A DNA stretch of 63,627 bases from an uncultured Bacillales bacterium (GCA_946410555.1 CAMKAT010000004.1:1-63627), one strand, 5' to 3'; positions 47,729 through 57,651 are shown, counted from the first letter of the stretch. Notes: generated by a model not told the origin, from the letters alone. A program made the numbers and translations.

Positions 47729-48493
47729 ATGGTAGAACATAAGGATTTTAGAGAAGTTTTAGAAAATAATAATCAAAGACATGAAGTTGTAATTGGTTAT
47801 AACAAAAATAATGATGTAAGAGTAATAGATTTAAAAGAAAATCCATCAGTAATTGTTACTGGTGAAACAGGATCTGGAAAATCTATACTATTAGATCAAA
47901 TTGCATGCCAATTAATTAAAAATAATACTTCACTCGATATGGATTTCTTCCTAATTGATTCAAGTGGTGTAGAATTGAATCTATATGCTGACTCTAGATA
48001 TTCTAAAAATTATGCACTAAGAGATAATGATAAAGCTTTAAGTGTATTAGTAAAAGTGTTAAATATTATGGATGAAAGATATAGATTAATTCATTCAAAA
48101 GGATATATAACTGTAGATGAATATAATGAAAAAGAAGAGGAAAAGTTAAGTGATATAGTACTAGTAATAGATGATAATGATACATTTATAATGAATGAAG
48201 ATATCTCTAAACAAATTACTTCTTTAATTACAGGTTTAAAAGATACAAATATTTTCTTTATTGGAGCTTTCTCTAATACTGATAACTATTTCTTTAAATC
48301 TGATAAGAATACTTATTCATCAATTATTATCTCGTTTGATATGAGTGATGCTGAACATGCAAACTATGCTAATGTTCCAGGAGCAGAAGATTTACCTATA
48401 GGTAAATTCATAATATCTGAAGATAATGAGGATAAAGAGTATTATAATTTTGACTTTGATGATAAAATAATTGTTGAAACATTAAACAAATAG
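47729..48493 (+). CDS. Soluble FtsK/SpoIIIE (HerA-FtsK superfamily)-like P-loop ATPase
   Basis: NPSVIVTGETGSGKSILLDQI Walker A in FtsK-like context, Walker B IVLVIDDNDTF; no TM segments; 254 aa. Confidence 0.65.
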   Translation: MVEHKDFREVLENNNQRHEVVIGYNKNNDVRVIDLKENPSVIVTGETGSGKSILLDQIACQLIKNNTSLDMDFFLIDSSGVELNLYADSRYSKNYALRDNDKALSVLVKVLNIMDERYRLIHSKGYITVDEYNEKEEEKLSDIVLVIDDNDTFIMNEDISKQITSLITGLKDTNIFFIGAFSNTDNYFFKSDKNTYSSIIISFDMSDAEHANYANVPGAEDLPIGKFIISEDNEDKEYYNFDFDDKIIVETLNK

Positions 48494-48522
48494 TGTGTTA
48501 TAATGAAATTGGAGTGATATTT

Positions 48523-48912
48523 ATGGCAAGTACTGCACAAGAAAGATTAATTGAAATCGATAAACTAGATGGAACTCTACTTAATAGAAAGATTAAGTTC
48601 TCTAACGGAGAGTATAAAACAATTAAAGACTATTTAATTGAAATCTATCCAGATGAAATGGATTTTGATGCAGGAAAAATATTAACTGTACTACAAAGTA
48701 GAGCTAATAAAGCTGAAATGGATTATAAAGCATTCTTAAACGAAGTATTTGAAAAAGAGCTTAATGATCCTAAGTATTCTGAACCTATTAGAAAAGGTGA
48801 GAATGAATATATGTCATTCAGAGAATATATTGAAAGTTTACCAGTTGGTACAATCGTAAGTTATGATGATTCAACTGAAGAAAAAACTTCAAGTGAAAGC
48901 GTAGGCGAATAA
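48523..48912 (+). CDS. Hypothetical protein (129 aa)
   Basis: GGAG RBS before ATG 48523. Confidence 0.55.
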   Translation: MASTAQERLIEIDKLDGTLLNRKIKFSNGEYKTIKDYLIEIYPDEMDFDAGKILTVLQSRANKAEMDYKAFLNEVFEKELNDPKYSEPIRKGENEYMSFREYIESLPVGTIVSYDDSTEEKTSSESVGE

Positions 48913-48913
48913 A

Positions 48914-49555
48914 ATGATTAAATACGGTGTTAATGTTAACGGACAAATCAAAGATATTAAAGTTTTAGCTGTAAAATTCATAAATGATAAATATGAAGTA
49001 ATGCCAGAATTAAACGAAATCCAAGAACCATCTAAGGAAGAACAAGAAAGAGCAATTAAACAACATGAAGTAGGTAATGCTATTTACTTTACAGTTATGG
49101 ATGTTCTTGAAAGAGTTTGCAAAGATAGAGATTTAGACTTTGAAAAGACTAAAGAAGATTTAATGGAAACTATTATTGCAAATATTGCTACTAAATTCTC
49201 TGATTTAGTTGTTGCTAAATCAAATGGTTCATTAACAGATGAAATAAATAATATTATTAATAATGCTATTATTAATAAGCAAATGGCTAATAGTGTAAGA
49301 CAAGTTGAAGAAGAAGCTGAAAGAGAAATGCAAGAAACTGCTGTTTCTAAGATTGATGAAATAGTTCCTACTCAATTTGGACCAAGCTCAAGTACTTATA
49401 GAACAGATCTATTAAATGCAAATGAAATTAATGCATTTATTAATCCTGTTATGGGTGGTCCTGGTGATGAACAAGAGATTGAAGCTGGAGATGGAGTAGA
49501 AGAAACTGAAGTATTCTTAAATAAAGAAGATGAAAACAAAAAAATAAGAATGTAA
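48914..49555 (+). CDS. Hypothetical acidic protein (213 aa)
   Basis: Starts 1 nt after the upstream stop; acidic and helical; no motif recognised. Confidence 0.6.
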   Translation: MIKYGVNVNGQIKDIKVLAVKFINDKYEVMPELNEIQEPSKEEQERAIKQHEVGNAIYFTVMDVLERVCKDRDLDFEKTKEDLMETIIANIATKFSDLVVAKSNGSLTDEINNIINNAIINKQMANSVRQVEEEAEREMQETAVSKIDEIVPTQFGPSSSTYRTDLLNANEINAFINPVMGGPGDEQEIEAGDGVEETEVFLNKEDENKKIRM

Positions 49556-49568
49556 TTTCTTATTTTTT

Positions 49569-50786
49569 TTATTTGTATAAAACATCAATATCTACAGCGT
49601 TGTCAGGTATTCCATCAATTTTACCACTACCTGTTAATTGCCACATGAAGTATTTTCCTTGATATGTTGTTTCATCAGTATAATGAGCAAGCCATACAGG
49701 TTCATCTATATTGATCCAGAAGTTTTCTAAATAATATTTAGATGCATAGAAGTGAGTTTCTAATCCTTTGGAATTAAGTTTATCTTTAAATCCTTTATAA
49801 CCTTCACTTAAATCATGAAGAGATGTTTCATATTCCATAATATATTGATAGTTTTCCCAGTCGTATGAAACACCTAAATCTAATTTTTTATCTCCAAGTG
49901 TATTAAGAACAAATTCCGCAGTTTTAACACCATCTTCATAATTAAGGGCAGTAGTATAAACATAAACTCCTACCTTAAGACCTGCACTTTTAGCATCTCT
50001 AATATATGTACTATAATTGCCGTCTATACTGTGTTCATAATTTCTACCTGCTTGTACACCAATTCTTATTATTACAAATTCACATCCAGCTTCTTTTACT
50101 TTATCAAAATCAATATTACCTTGCCATTTAGAGACATCTATACCAATCATTGTATTATCATTTTTATATTTTTTAACTACATCTTCGAAATTGATATAAG
50201 TAGTTTTAGATGAACTTCTACTTTTTCCTGATGAAGTAATTTTTTCTACTACTTTAATAGTTATATCTTTATCTACTTTATTTCCAGCTTTATCACTTAT
50301 AGTCATTTTAACTGGATAAGTACCTTCTTTATCATATTCAACATCACCTTCGATTACGCAACTAGGTTTAGTGTCATAATCATCTATATATAGTGCTTTA
50401 TCACATGGATATGCAACATTCATAAGTGTTGTTGTTATATTACTTTGATAACTTAAAACTAGGGGTTTTGTTACATCAGTTACTTCAACATTCATATTAT
50501 AATAATATTTCTTTTTATTATATTTAATAGTCATTTTCTTAGTTTTAGTTCCTGTAGAATCTGTATTAATTTTCTCATCTTCACTTAGAATTTCTACATT
50601 CTTATTTGTTATTAAATCAAAGTAATTACTATTACTATATACTACTAGTTTATTACTATATTCGAATACCACTTCTTCTGGTATCTTATATTTATCATAA
50701 AAAGTATTTTTATATAAATATACATCTAATATAATAAATCCTATCAACAAAATGAAAACTATTATAAACCTTAATACTTTTTTCAT
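49569..50786 (-). CDS. Membrane-anchored GH25 muramidase (lysozyme)
   Basis: N-terminal TM, Ig-like middle region, GH25 signature IGIDVSKWQGNIDFDKVKEAGCEFVIIRIG. Confidence 0.85.
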   Translation of the reverse strand: MKKVLRFIIVFILLIGFIILDVYLYKNTFYDKYKIPEEVVFEYSNKLVVYSNSNYFDLITNKNVEILSEDEKINTDSTGTKTKKMTIKYNKKKYYYNMNVEVTDVTKPLVLSYQSNITTTLMNVAYPCDKALYIDDYDTKPSCVIEGDVEYDKEGTYPVKMTISDKAGNKVDKDITIKVVEKITSSGKSRSSSKTTYINFEDVVKKYKNDNTMIGIDVSKWQGNIDFDKVKEAGCEFVIIRIGVQAGRNYEHSIDGNYSTYIRDAKSAGLKVGVYVYTTALNYEDGVKTAEFVLNTLGDKKLDLGVSYDWENYQYIMEYETSLHDLSEGYKGFKDKLNSKGLETHFYASKYYLENFWINIDEPVWLAHYTDETTYQGKYFMWQLTGSGKIDGIPDNAVDIDVLYK

Positions 50787-50831
50787 ATTTAACACCATGT
50801 TTATTATATAATACTATTAGGAAGTGAAACA

Positions 50832-51347
50832 ATGAGAAAAAGAATAGATTTTATTTGTCCTACTTGTAAGAATAAAAAAAGAATTACTATTAATGATGAA
50901 TATAATGAAACTCACATTGATAAAATATTAGATAGATCATTATTTAATATAAAGTGTGATAAATGTAATACTAATATTTACTTAGATTATAAGTTTGTAT
51001 TAAAAACTCCAAATTATAGTTTGTCTTATGGAGAATTTGAAGATGTTGATAGAATGTGTTCTACATATGATGATATTAAAGAAAAAATACTTATATATGA
51101 AGATAAATTAAATGATTGTTTAATAGAATTATCAAAAAGAAAAATAGAACATGATTTAGAAAAAGAATTAGATTTAAGATATGATGGAATTGTTGAAGAT
51201 AAATTAGTATTTTATTCTTTAAAAGAAGAAAAGTCTTATTCTTTTAATAAAGAATTGTATGATTATTATGTTAATAAATATAAAGTTGTTAACATTAATA
51301 ATGAAGAAGTAAACTCAAGTAATTATTTTAAGTATATAAAGGACTAA
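50832..51347 (+). CDS. CpXC-domain zinc-ribbon protein
   Basis: CPTC ... (about 30 aa) ... CDKC with intervening ILDRSLFN fits the CpXC domain pattern. Confidence 0.55.
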   Translation: MRKRIDFICPTCKNKKRITINDEYNETHIDKILDRSLFNIKCDKCNTNIYLDYKFVLKTPNYSLSYGEFEDVDRMCSTYDDIKEKILIYEDKLNDCLIELSKRKIEHDLEKELDLRYDGIVEDKLVFYSLKEEKSYSFNKELYDYYVNKYKVVNINNEEVNSSNYFKYIKD

Positions 51348-51396
51348 GAGGTTGTTAAAGATTAATTAATTTGTTAAGATTTAAGTGGGTGATAGT

Positions 51397-51906
51397 ATGG
51401 AAAAAGAAATAAAGAAAACTAATTATTTTATATTAGTAGCTATGATAGTTCTTATATTATCTATATGTACAGCAACTTATAATATTTATTCAATTTATAA
51501 AAATAATAAAGCTAACTATACAAGTCCACTTAATTTAACTAAAGAAGTTCAATTTAGTGAACTTAATGATACTACTTTAGAAATCGGAGAAGATGCTTTC
51601 TTAGTATTAAGTTATTATGGTGATGAAGATATTTATCAAAATCAAAAAAATTTAAAACTAGTATTCAGAAGATATGGTCTTTTAGAAAACATCATTTATG
51701 TAGATGTAACTCAAGAATACGAAAAAGAAGGCTTCTATGATAAGTTAAATGAAGTTTTAAAACTTAAAGATTTTAAAGTAGATAAAGTACCATCAATTAT
51801 TTATTATAAAGAAGGTAAACCTACTGCGATTGCAACTTCGACAAATGGTATTATAGATTCATCTTCTTTAGAAGATATTATTAAAAATAATGCAAATGTA
51901 GATTAA
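51397..51906 (+). CDS. Membrane-anchored thioredoxin-fold-like protein lacking CxxC
   Basis: One TM, then a thioredoxin-like VPSIIYYKEGKP cis-Pro loop region; no CxxC seen. Confidence 0.45.
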   Translation: MEKEIKKTNYFILVAMIVLILSICTATYNIYSIYKNNKANYTSPLNLTKEVQFSELNDTTLEIGEDAFLVLSYYGDEDIYQNQKNLKLVFRRYGLLENIIYVDVTQEYEKEGFYDKLNEVLKLKDFKVDKVPSIIYYKEGKPTAIATSTNGIIDSSSLEDIIKNNANVD

Positions 51907-51953
51907 AATCTACATTTTTTTATTGTATAATACATAACTGAAGAGGTGTTATT

Positions 51954-52487
51954 ATGTTAAATATTGTTTTATATCAACCAGAAATACCACAAAACACTGG
52001 AAATATTATGCGTACTTGTGTAGCAACACATACACATTTACATTTAATTAAACCATTAGGATTTAGTATGGATGAAAAATCTATTAAAAGAAGTGGTGTT
52101 AATTATATAGAAAATTGTAAATGGACTATATATGAAAATTGGGAAGATTTTGTATCAAAAAATGATGGAGTATATTATTTTTATACAAGATATGGTCATA
52201 AACCACATAGTGATTTAAATTATACAGACGAAGCTAATGATAATAAGAATATCTATTTAGTTTTTGGTAAAGAATCAACTGGTATTGATCCTGAAATTCT
52301 AAAAGATAAATTAGATAATTGTGCAAGAATACCAATGACTGATAAAGTTAGAGCACTTAATGTATCTAATTCAGTAGCTATTTGTATATATGAAGCATTA
52401 AGACAAAGAAACTATGAAGACCTTTTAAGAGATGAACCTTCGGATGAAGGTCATAAGGGTCCTAGATTCTTAGAAGATTACAAATAA
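51954..52487 (+). CDS. trmL: tRNA (cytidine/uridine(34)-2'-O)-methyltransferase TrmL (SpoU family)
   Basis: MLNIVLYQPEIPQNTGNIMRTC is almost identical to the canonical TrmL N-terminus. SPOUT knot motif LVFGKESTG ... NVSNSVAI. Confidence 0.9.
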   Translation: MLNIVLYQPEIPQNTGNIMRTCVATHTHLHLIKPLGFSMDEKSIKRSGVNYIENCKWTIYENWEDFVSKNDGVYYFYTRYGHKPHSDLNYTDEANDNKNIYLVFGKESTGIDPEILKDKLDNCARIPMTDKVRALNVSNSVAICIYEALRQRNYEDLLRDEPSDEGHKGPRFLEDYK

Positions 52488-52517
52488 AAAAACAGTATCA
52501 AATTGATACTGTTTTTA

Positions 52518-52712
52518 TTATTCTTCAATTGAAATTGCTTCTACAGGGCAACCTTCAACTGCTACTTGTGTATTTTCAGTTGGAGTTTCGTTTTTTACTA
52601 CAGGTAAATTGTCATCTCCAAAATCAAAGTTTCCACCATTGTCTACACCGCAATTTGCAACACATGCTCCGCAACCGATGCATTTAGTCTTATCTAATAC
52701 TACTTTTGCCAT
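52518..52712 (-). CDS. fdx: Small 4Fe-4S ferredoxin
   Basis: CIGCGACVANC plus distal CPVEAI; 64 aa. Confidence 0.85.
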   Translation of the reverse strand: MAKVVLDKTKCIGCGACVANCGVDNGGNFDFGDDNLPVVKNETPTENTQVAVEGCPVEAISIEE

Positions 52713-52760
52713 AATATTCTCCTTCGTTCTTAATATATACTTATTATAATATAAACGAAC

Positions 52761-52807
52761 TTAGCGCACAACAAAGAACATTCAAAGAATGTTCTTGTTA
52801 ACGCTAA
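52761..52807. promoter_or_regulatory. Long nested palindrome in a divergent intergenic region (operator or RNA hairpin)
   Basis: TTAGCG...AAGAACATTC-aaa-GAATGTTCTT...CGCTAA. The inner arms are perfect 10-mers. Confidence 0.45.
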
Positions 52808-52923
52808 AAGTATCCCTTTACATAATTATAATATCATACAAATAAGACAAATCAAAGTCTAATTTTCTCCTATGTACATTTTATACATTTGATGTTAAAC
52901 TAATAGTGATAGGATGTGTAAAT

Positions 52924-53823
52924 ATGCAATCTAGAATGGATAAGTATAACGATACAACTGTCTTTACTTCAAGGGTAGAAAAGAATAGAGCTCTATACGA
53001 AGAGGTAAAAAACAGTTCAATTAATGATTTTGATATCGAAGACAATACTAAACTTATGGACAACAATTCTTCTAGAATTGATGCAGGCAACTTAAGAAAT
53101 TTACTTGATAATGATTACTTAGATAACACTCCTAAAAGAAAAAGCATCTTTATTGAAAATGAACATGATGAAAAAGAAAAAGTTCAAGATACTAAAGAAT
53201 ATGATATTAATGCAATTTTAAGAAAAGCTAAGGAAGGAAAAGATATTAATTATAATAAAGAACGTTTAAGAAGTGTAAGACAAACACAATATGAAATTCT
53301 TAATAATATCGACCTAACTAAAACCGATGAATCCGAAAAGAGTTATCAAAAGAAGAAAAAAGTTGAAGAAGATAATTTAATGGATTTAATCAATACTATC
53401 ACTGCTTTAGAATTGAAGAACAAACAAAACAAGGTTAAAGAAGATGTTTCTGAAGCTTTAGATCTATTTGATGATTTAAATAATGGTGAAGAAATTAAAG
53501 CTGAAGAGTTAAAACATGAGATTGAAAAACAAGAGATAGTAGAACGTGTTGTAGAAGAACCTAAAAAGGAAGTAGTTCCTGAAACAAAGGTTGTTCAAGA
53601 AAAAAAACAACCAGTTAAAGAAAAAACTCACGAAGAACATGTTACAAAAACACTATCAAAGTTAAATATAGATATGGATTCATATGATGAATTCGGAGAT
53701 GTAGTAAAAGGAGATAAATCAACATTTATTTTAAAAGTTATGATATTCCTAGTTGTTATTCTTTTAATAATTGGTACAATATTTATACTAAACAATATGT
53801 TGAATTTAGGTTTATTTGATTAG
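52924..53823 (+). CDS. Hypothetical protein with a charged coiled region and a C-terminal TM anchor
   Basis: K/E-rich middle region, C-terminal hydrophobic helix FILKVMIFLVVILLIIGTIFIL. Confidence 0.6.
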   Translation: MQSRMDKYNDTTVFTSRVEKNRALYEEVKNSSINDFDIEDNTKLMDNNSSRIDAGNLRNLLDNDYLDNTPKRKSIFIENEHDEKEKVQDTKEYDINAILRKAKEGKDINYNKERLRSVRQTQYEILNNIDLTKTDESEKSYQKKKKVEEDNLMDLINTITALELKNKQNKVKEDVSEALDLFDDLNNGEEIKAEELKHEIEKQEIVERVVEEPKKEVVPETKVVQEKKQPVKEKTHEEHVTKTLSKLNIDMDSYDEFGDVVKGDKSTFILKVMIFLVVILLIIGTIFILNNMLNLGLFD

Positions 53824-53837
53824 AAAGAAAGGTAAAT

Positions 53838-54632
53838 ATGGAAGTTAAATTCTCTCAAAAGTATTTTATTAATCCTGCTTTTGAATATGGAATAAGATCA
53901 TATATTTCATATAAGAATGGTGAAGGCTATCAAAGACTTCACACTTTTGAAATGTATGTAATAAAAGCTTTAACTATTATTTATGGTGAAAAAGCAATAT
54001 TACTTCCATATAAAATAGATAATGAAAAAGCATTCAAATGTAATTTACTAATATATGATTTTAAAGAATCTGAAGTAAATACATTTATAGATAATATGAA
54101 TTCTTATTATGAATTCTTAAAAAATTATAAAGAAGGAGTTAAAGTTACAGGATTAATTGCAGAAATAGAGAAATCTCTATTAAAGATGATTATGAAACGT
54201 AATAAAAGAAAAGAGTTTACTCCTGAAGAAATCAGAGAATTTGATAAGATATTCACTCCTAATGATGGAGACTTAAAGAAATTAAAATCTATTATTTCAT
54301 CTGATAAAGAGTTAATCTTAAGAACATGGACTAATGATAAGATCCAAATTACAAACACACAACTTGGACTTATGGCAGTTAATGCTTCATTATTACATCC
54401 AAGTGTTTATCAAAAATATGGATTTGATATTAGAAATGTAGCGAGTCTTAGTGAAGAAGAGATAATGGATATTAATAGAAAAATAAAAGAAGAAGAATTA
54501 ATTAAAACTTCTAGAATTTCAACACCATTAAGAAATAAAAAGAAATTTGCTTATGGTTTTGTTAATGTTTTATTAATACTTAGTGTGATTGGAACTGCCG
54601 CAGCAGTAACATTCTTCTTATTAACTAAGTAA
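53838..54632 (+). CDS. Hypothetical protein with a C-terminal TM anchor (264 aa)
   Basis: ORF with an AAAGG RBS and a terminal TM; no motif recognised. Confidence 0.6.
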   Translation: MEVKFSQKYFINPAFEYGIRSYISYKNGEGYQRLHTFEMYVIKALTIIYGEKAILLPYKIDNEKAFKCNLLIYDFKESEVNTFIDNMNSYYEFLKNYKEGVKVTGLIAEIEKSLLKMIMKRNKRKEFTPEEIREFDKIFTPNDGDLKKLKSIISSDKELILRTWTNDKIQITNTQLGLMAVNASLLHPSVYQKYGFDIRNVASLSEEEIMDINRKIKEEELIKTSRISTPLRNKKKFAYGFVNVLLILSVIGTAAAVTFFLLTK

Positions 54633-54644
54633 TCGGGGGATAAT

Positions 54645-54920
54645 ATGAATATTGAAAGTAATGGATTTAAATATGAACTTGTTAAAAACTATCGTGAAGG
54701 TTTTGACAAGGATGCTTTCCTAGAAAGAGTTACTGAATATTTTGATGAATATGATTACATATTTGGTGACTGGGCATATGGAAAGTTAAGATTAAAAGGG
54801 TTTAATGAATCAAAGAATAAAAATACAACTAAGATAAATGATATAGCAATCTTAGATGACTATATTAAAAACAATTGTGCATATGATTGTAAGTATTTCT
54901 TACTAAAGAAAATTAAATAA
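54645..54920 (+). CDS. yutD: YutD-like protein (DUF1027)
   Basis: FKYELVKNYREGFDKDAFLERVTEYFDEYDYIFGDWAYGKLRLKGF matches the YutD family pattern. Confidence 0.6.
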   Translation: MNIESNGFKYELVKNYREGFDKDAFLERVTEYFDEYDYIFGDWAYGKLRLKGFNESKNKNTTKINDIAILDDYIKNNCAYDCKYFLLKKIK

Positions 54921-54928
54921 AAAAAGGG

Positions 54929-56440
54929 TTGGTTAGTGTGAATAATAAAGTATATATTGTTGACAGAAATGGAAATCAAATAATAGCGGAAGGAATTTCA
55001 TACATCACATTAAAAGGTGATGGTTTTAGTAATGATTATTTATTCTATACATTAAATGAATTAGTTAATGGAGATTTAAATAAGATTTATGTTGCTAAAG
55101 TTAGTGAAGTGGATAAAAACATTACTGATGAAGAATGGGATAATGTTAAAAGAGTAATGCTTGCTATAACTCATGGAGAAACTGTTGAAGGTATGTCTTA
55201 TAACAGTATCTTTGATGAAAAAGGTGAAGGCAAATCATTTAACGTTGATATTCCAAGAAAAATTGCTATTAAGTTAGATAAATTAACTGGATTAAGAGAT
55301 AACTATAAATTAGCAATTACAAATCCAAATCGTAATGCTAATGTTGCAGCAGTAGGAAATCCTGAAAATGTAGTTACTACAGAAGTTGTAAGTGAAACAC
55401 CTGCTATACCTGAAGTAAAAGTTGAAGAAACACCAGTAATTCCAGCTGAACCTGTAGCAGCAATTCCAACACAACCAGTACAACCTGAACCAACTGTAGT
55501 AGCTCAACCTGAAGTTACTACAACAGTAGTTGAAGAAACTAAACCTGTTACTACAGAAGTTGTAACGGAAGTAAAAGAAACCAAACCAATGGAAGAAATC
55601 CAAAGTATTTCTCCAATGCCAATCCCAGATGTTGTACTTGAAGATAAAAAAGAAGATAGCTTTGCTATCCCTGTAAATAATAAAGTAACACCATCAATTG
55701 AAGATAATGATATATTTAATGAAATTATTAAAGAATTAAAAGATATAAGAACTCAAAATGATGAGATTAAAGAATCTATTAGAAAATTAACTAATAATAT
55801 AGCTAATATAAATACTAGTTTGTCTAGTCAAGAGATTAAACAAGCTCAAGGAAGCTATGATGGTATGATTAATACTAATATGGCAAATACTACTGAAGAT
55901 GTATCTGCTATAGATATAACAAGTAATGGAACAGTAGTTATTCCTTCATTTGAACAAGCACAAAAGAGTGCAGTTAACTCAGCAAATGTTATTAGTAATA
56001 ATATTATTGATACAACTGTTAGTGCTCCTGTAGCTGAAACTCCAGCAGTTGAACCAGTTGTTGTACAACAATCAACAGTTCCAACTGCAGCTCCAGTAGT
56101 TGAAGAAACACCAGTACCTGCTAATCCTATTGAATCATTAGCAACAAGTCCTGTTGAAACTCCTACTGCTCCAGTTGTACCTGAAACACCAGCTGTACAA
56201 GAACCAGCTGTTGCTCCTGTAGCTCCAGCACCTGTTCAAGAACCAGCAGTTGCTGCAGTGCCAGAGTTACCTCAAATATTACCTGATGTTCCTATGGCTG
56301 ATGAAAAAACATCAACAACTAATCCAAATATAATTATTCCGGAATTTGATCCAAACGCAGGACTTCCACCAGTACAAATGCCAACAGGCGTATCTGCTGG
56401 AGATGATTCTTCTGCTGTAGGCTCAACAATCGCTGGATAA
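54929..56440 (+). CDS. Hypothetical protein with two Pro/Val/Glu/Thr-rich low-complexity regions
   Basis: Globular N-terminus, then ETPAIPEVKVEETPVIPAEPVAAIPTQPVQPEP... and APVAETPAVEPVVV... tracts. The start is uncertain (TTG 54929 or GTG 54938). Confidence 0.6.
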   Translation: MVSVNNKVYIVDRNGNQIIAEGISYITLKGDGFSNDYLFYTLNELVNGDLNKIYVAKVSEVDKNITDEEWDNVKRVMLAITHGETVEGMSYNSIFDEKGEGKSFNVDIPRKIAIKLDKLTGLRDNYKLAITNPNRNANVAAVGNPENVVTTEVVSETPAIPEVKVEETPVIPAEPVAAIPTQPVQPEPTVVAQPEVTTTVVEETKPVTTEVVTEVKETKPMEEIQSISPMPIPDVVLEDKKEDSFAIPVNNKVTPSIEDNDIFNEIIKELKDIRTQNDEIKESIRKLTNNIANINTSLSSQEIKQAQGSYDGMINTNMANTTEDVSAIDITSNGTVVIPSFEQAQKSAVNSANVISNNIIDTTVSAPVAETPAVEPVVVQQSTVPTAAPVVEETPVPANPIESLATSPVETPTAPVVPETPAVQEPAVAPVAPAPVQEPAVAAVPELPQILPDVPMADEKTSTTNPNIIIPEFDPNAGLPPVQMPTGVSAGDDSSAVGSTIAG

Positions 56441-56473
56441 AAATAAAACTCATATCAATCGATATGAGTTTTT

Positions 56474-56707
56474 TTAAATTTCTACGTTAATAACACCCTT
56501 ACACTCAGGAATAACTTCTTTAATAGATGCATATATACCATCTTCAATAGTTACATCCATCATTGAACAGTTAGCACAAGCACCATAGAATTTGATATAA
56601 ACATAATCATCTTCATATTTAACAAATTCTACATCTCCGCCTTCCATATTAAGGTAAGGTCTTATTTGATCTAATACTTCATTAATCTTTTTAATTGTTT
56701 CTTCCAT
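56474..56707 (-). CDS. nfuA: NifU C-terminal-domain (Nfu-type) Fe-S scaffold/carrier protein
   Basis: LDQIRPYLNMEGGDVEFV ... GACANCSMMDVT contains the CxxC motif. Confidence 0.85.
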   Translation of the reverse strand: MEETIKKINEVLDQIRPYLNMEGGDVEFVKYEDDYVYIKFYGACANCSMMDVTIEDGIYASIKEVIPECKGVINVEI

Positions 56708-56788
56708 ACGGCTTCACCTGTGTTGATTATAGTTTAATTCATTTACAAAGTAAAGATATTTTGTTATTATATGAAACGAGGTGCAATA

Positions 56789-57142
56789 ATGGAAGAATTC
56801 AAAGTAGGTAGTATTGTTAGTTGTATTGTAACTGGAATTAAGAATTATGGTATCTTTGTTAAATTAGATAATGATTATAGAGGTCTTATACATATTTCTA
56901 AAATATCTGAGAAGTTTGTTAAGAATGTAGAAGACTATGCAAATGTCGGAGAAACAATATATGCTGAAATAGAATCTATAGATCATGAAAATAAACAATG
57001 TGTACTATCAGTTAAAAATATGAATTATAGAATAGATGAGAATCCTTTAATCCATGAAACAATCTCAGGTTTTTCCTCATTAAAGAAGAAATTACCAGAA
57101 TGGATTGAAGAAAAGAAAGAAGAATATAAAGACGCTAAATAA
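56789..57142 (+). CDS. S1 RNA-binding domain protein (GSP13/CvfD-like)
   Basis: FKVGSIVSCIVTGIKNYGIFVKLDNDYRGLIHISKIS is an S1 OB-fold pattern. Confidence 0.8.
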   Translation: MEEFKVGSIVSCIVTGIKNYGIFVKLDNDYRGLIHISKISEKFVKNVEDYANVGETIYAEIESIDHENKQCVLSVKNMNYRIDENPLIHETISGFSSLKKKLPEWIEEKKEEYKDAK

Positions 57143-57170
57143 AAAAATTCTCATATCAGTAAATTTTTTG

Positions 57171-57200
57171 TTGACTTATTAAAATTCGCTATGCTATAAT
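57171..57200 (+). promoter_or_regulatory. Promoter of the first tRNA operon
   Basis: TTGACT, 18-nt spacer, extended -10 TGCTATAAT. Confidence 0.6.
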
Positions 57201-57226
57201 CAGTTTGTTATCTCAAAGAGATATCC

Positions 57227-57319
57227 GGAGGAATACCCAAGTCTGGTTGAAGGGACTGGTCTTGAAAACCAGCAGGTCGTGCAAGCGGCGCTAGGGTTCG
57301 AATCCCTATTCCTCCGCCA
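57227..57319 (+). tRNA. tRNA-Ser (UGA)
   Basis: Anticodon loop CTTGAAA, long variable arm, encoded CCA. Confidence 0.9.
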
Positions 57320-57336
57320 CTTTATTTTTTACATAT

Positions 57337-57413
57337 CGCGGGATAGAGCAGCTTGGTAGCTCGTTGGGCTCATAACCCAGAGGTCGTAGGTTCAAATCCT
57401 GCTCCCGCAACCA
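57337..57413 (+). tRNA. Initiator tRNA-fMet (CAU)
   Basis: C1:A72 mismatch, GGG/CCC in the anticodon stem, loop CTCATAA. Confidence 0.85.
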
Positions 57414-57416
57414 TTT

Positions 57417-57493
57417 GGTCCGTTAGTCTAGAGGCCTATGACGTCTGCCTGTCACGCAGAAGATCAGGGGTTCGAATCCCCTACGGACCGCCA
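57417..57493 (+). tRNA. tRNA-Asp (GUC)
   Basis: Anticodon loop CTGTCAC, T-loop GGTTCGAATCC, CCA end. Confidence 0.9.
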
Positions 57494-57502
57494 TTTTTTT
57501 AT

Positions 57503-57578
<76 letters not shown>

Positions 57579-57651
57579 TTTTATTGATTATCCACTAAAG
57601 TGGGTTTTTTAATGAAGGCTTTAAAACTTTTAGTAAAATCTAAAAAAAATG

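Noticed and set aside
55330-56300. Repetitive Pro/Val/Glu/Thr-coding tracts as a DNA-level tandem repeat array
   Set aside because: The repetition is compositional at the protein level, with no fixed nucleotide period. It is best described as low-complexity linker regions of one ORF.
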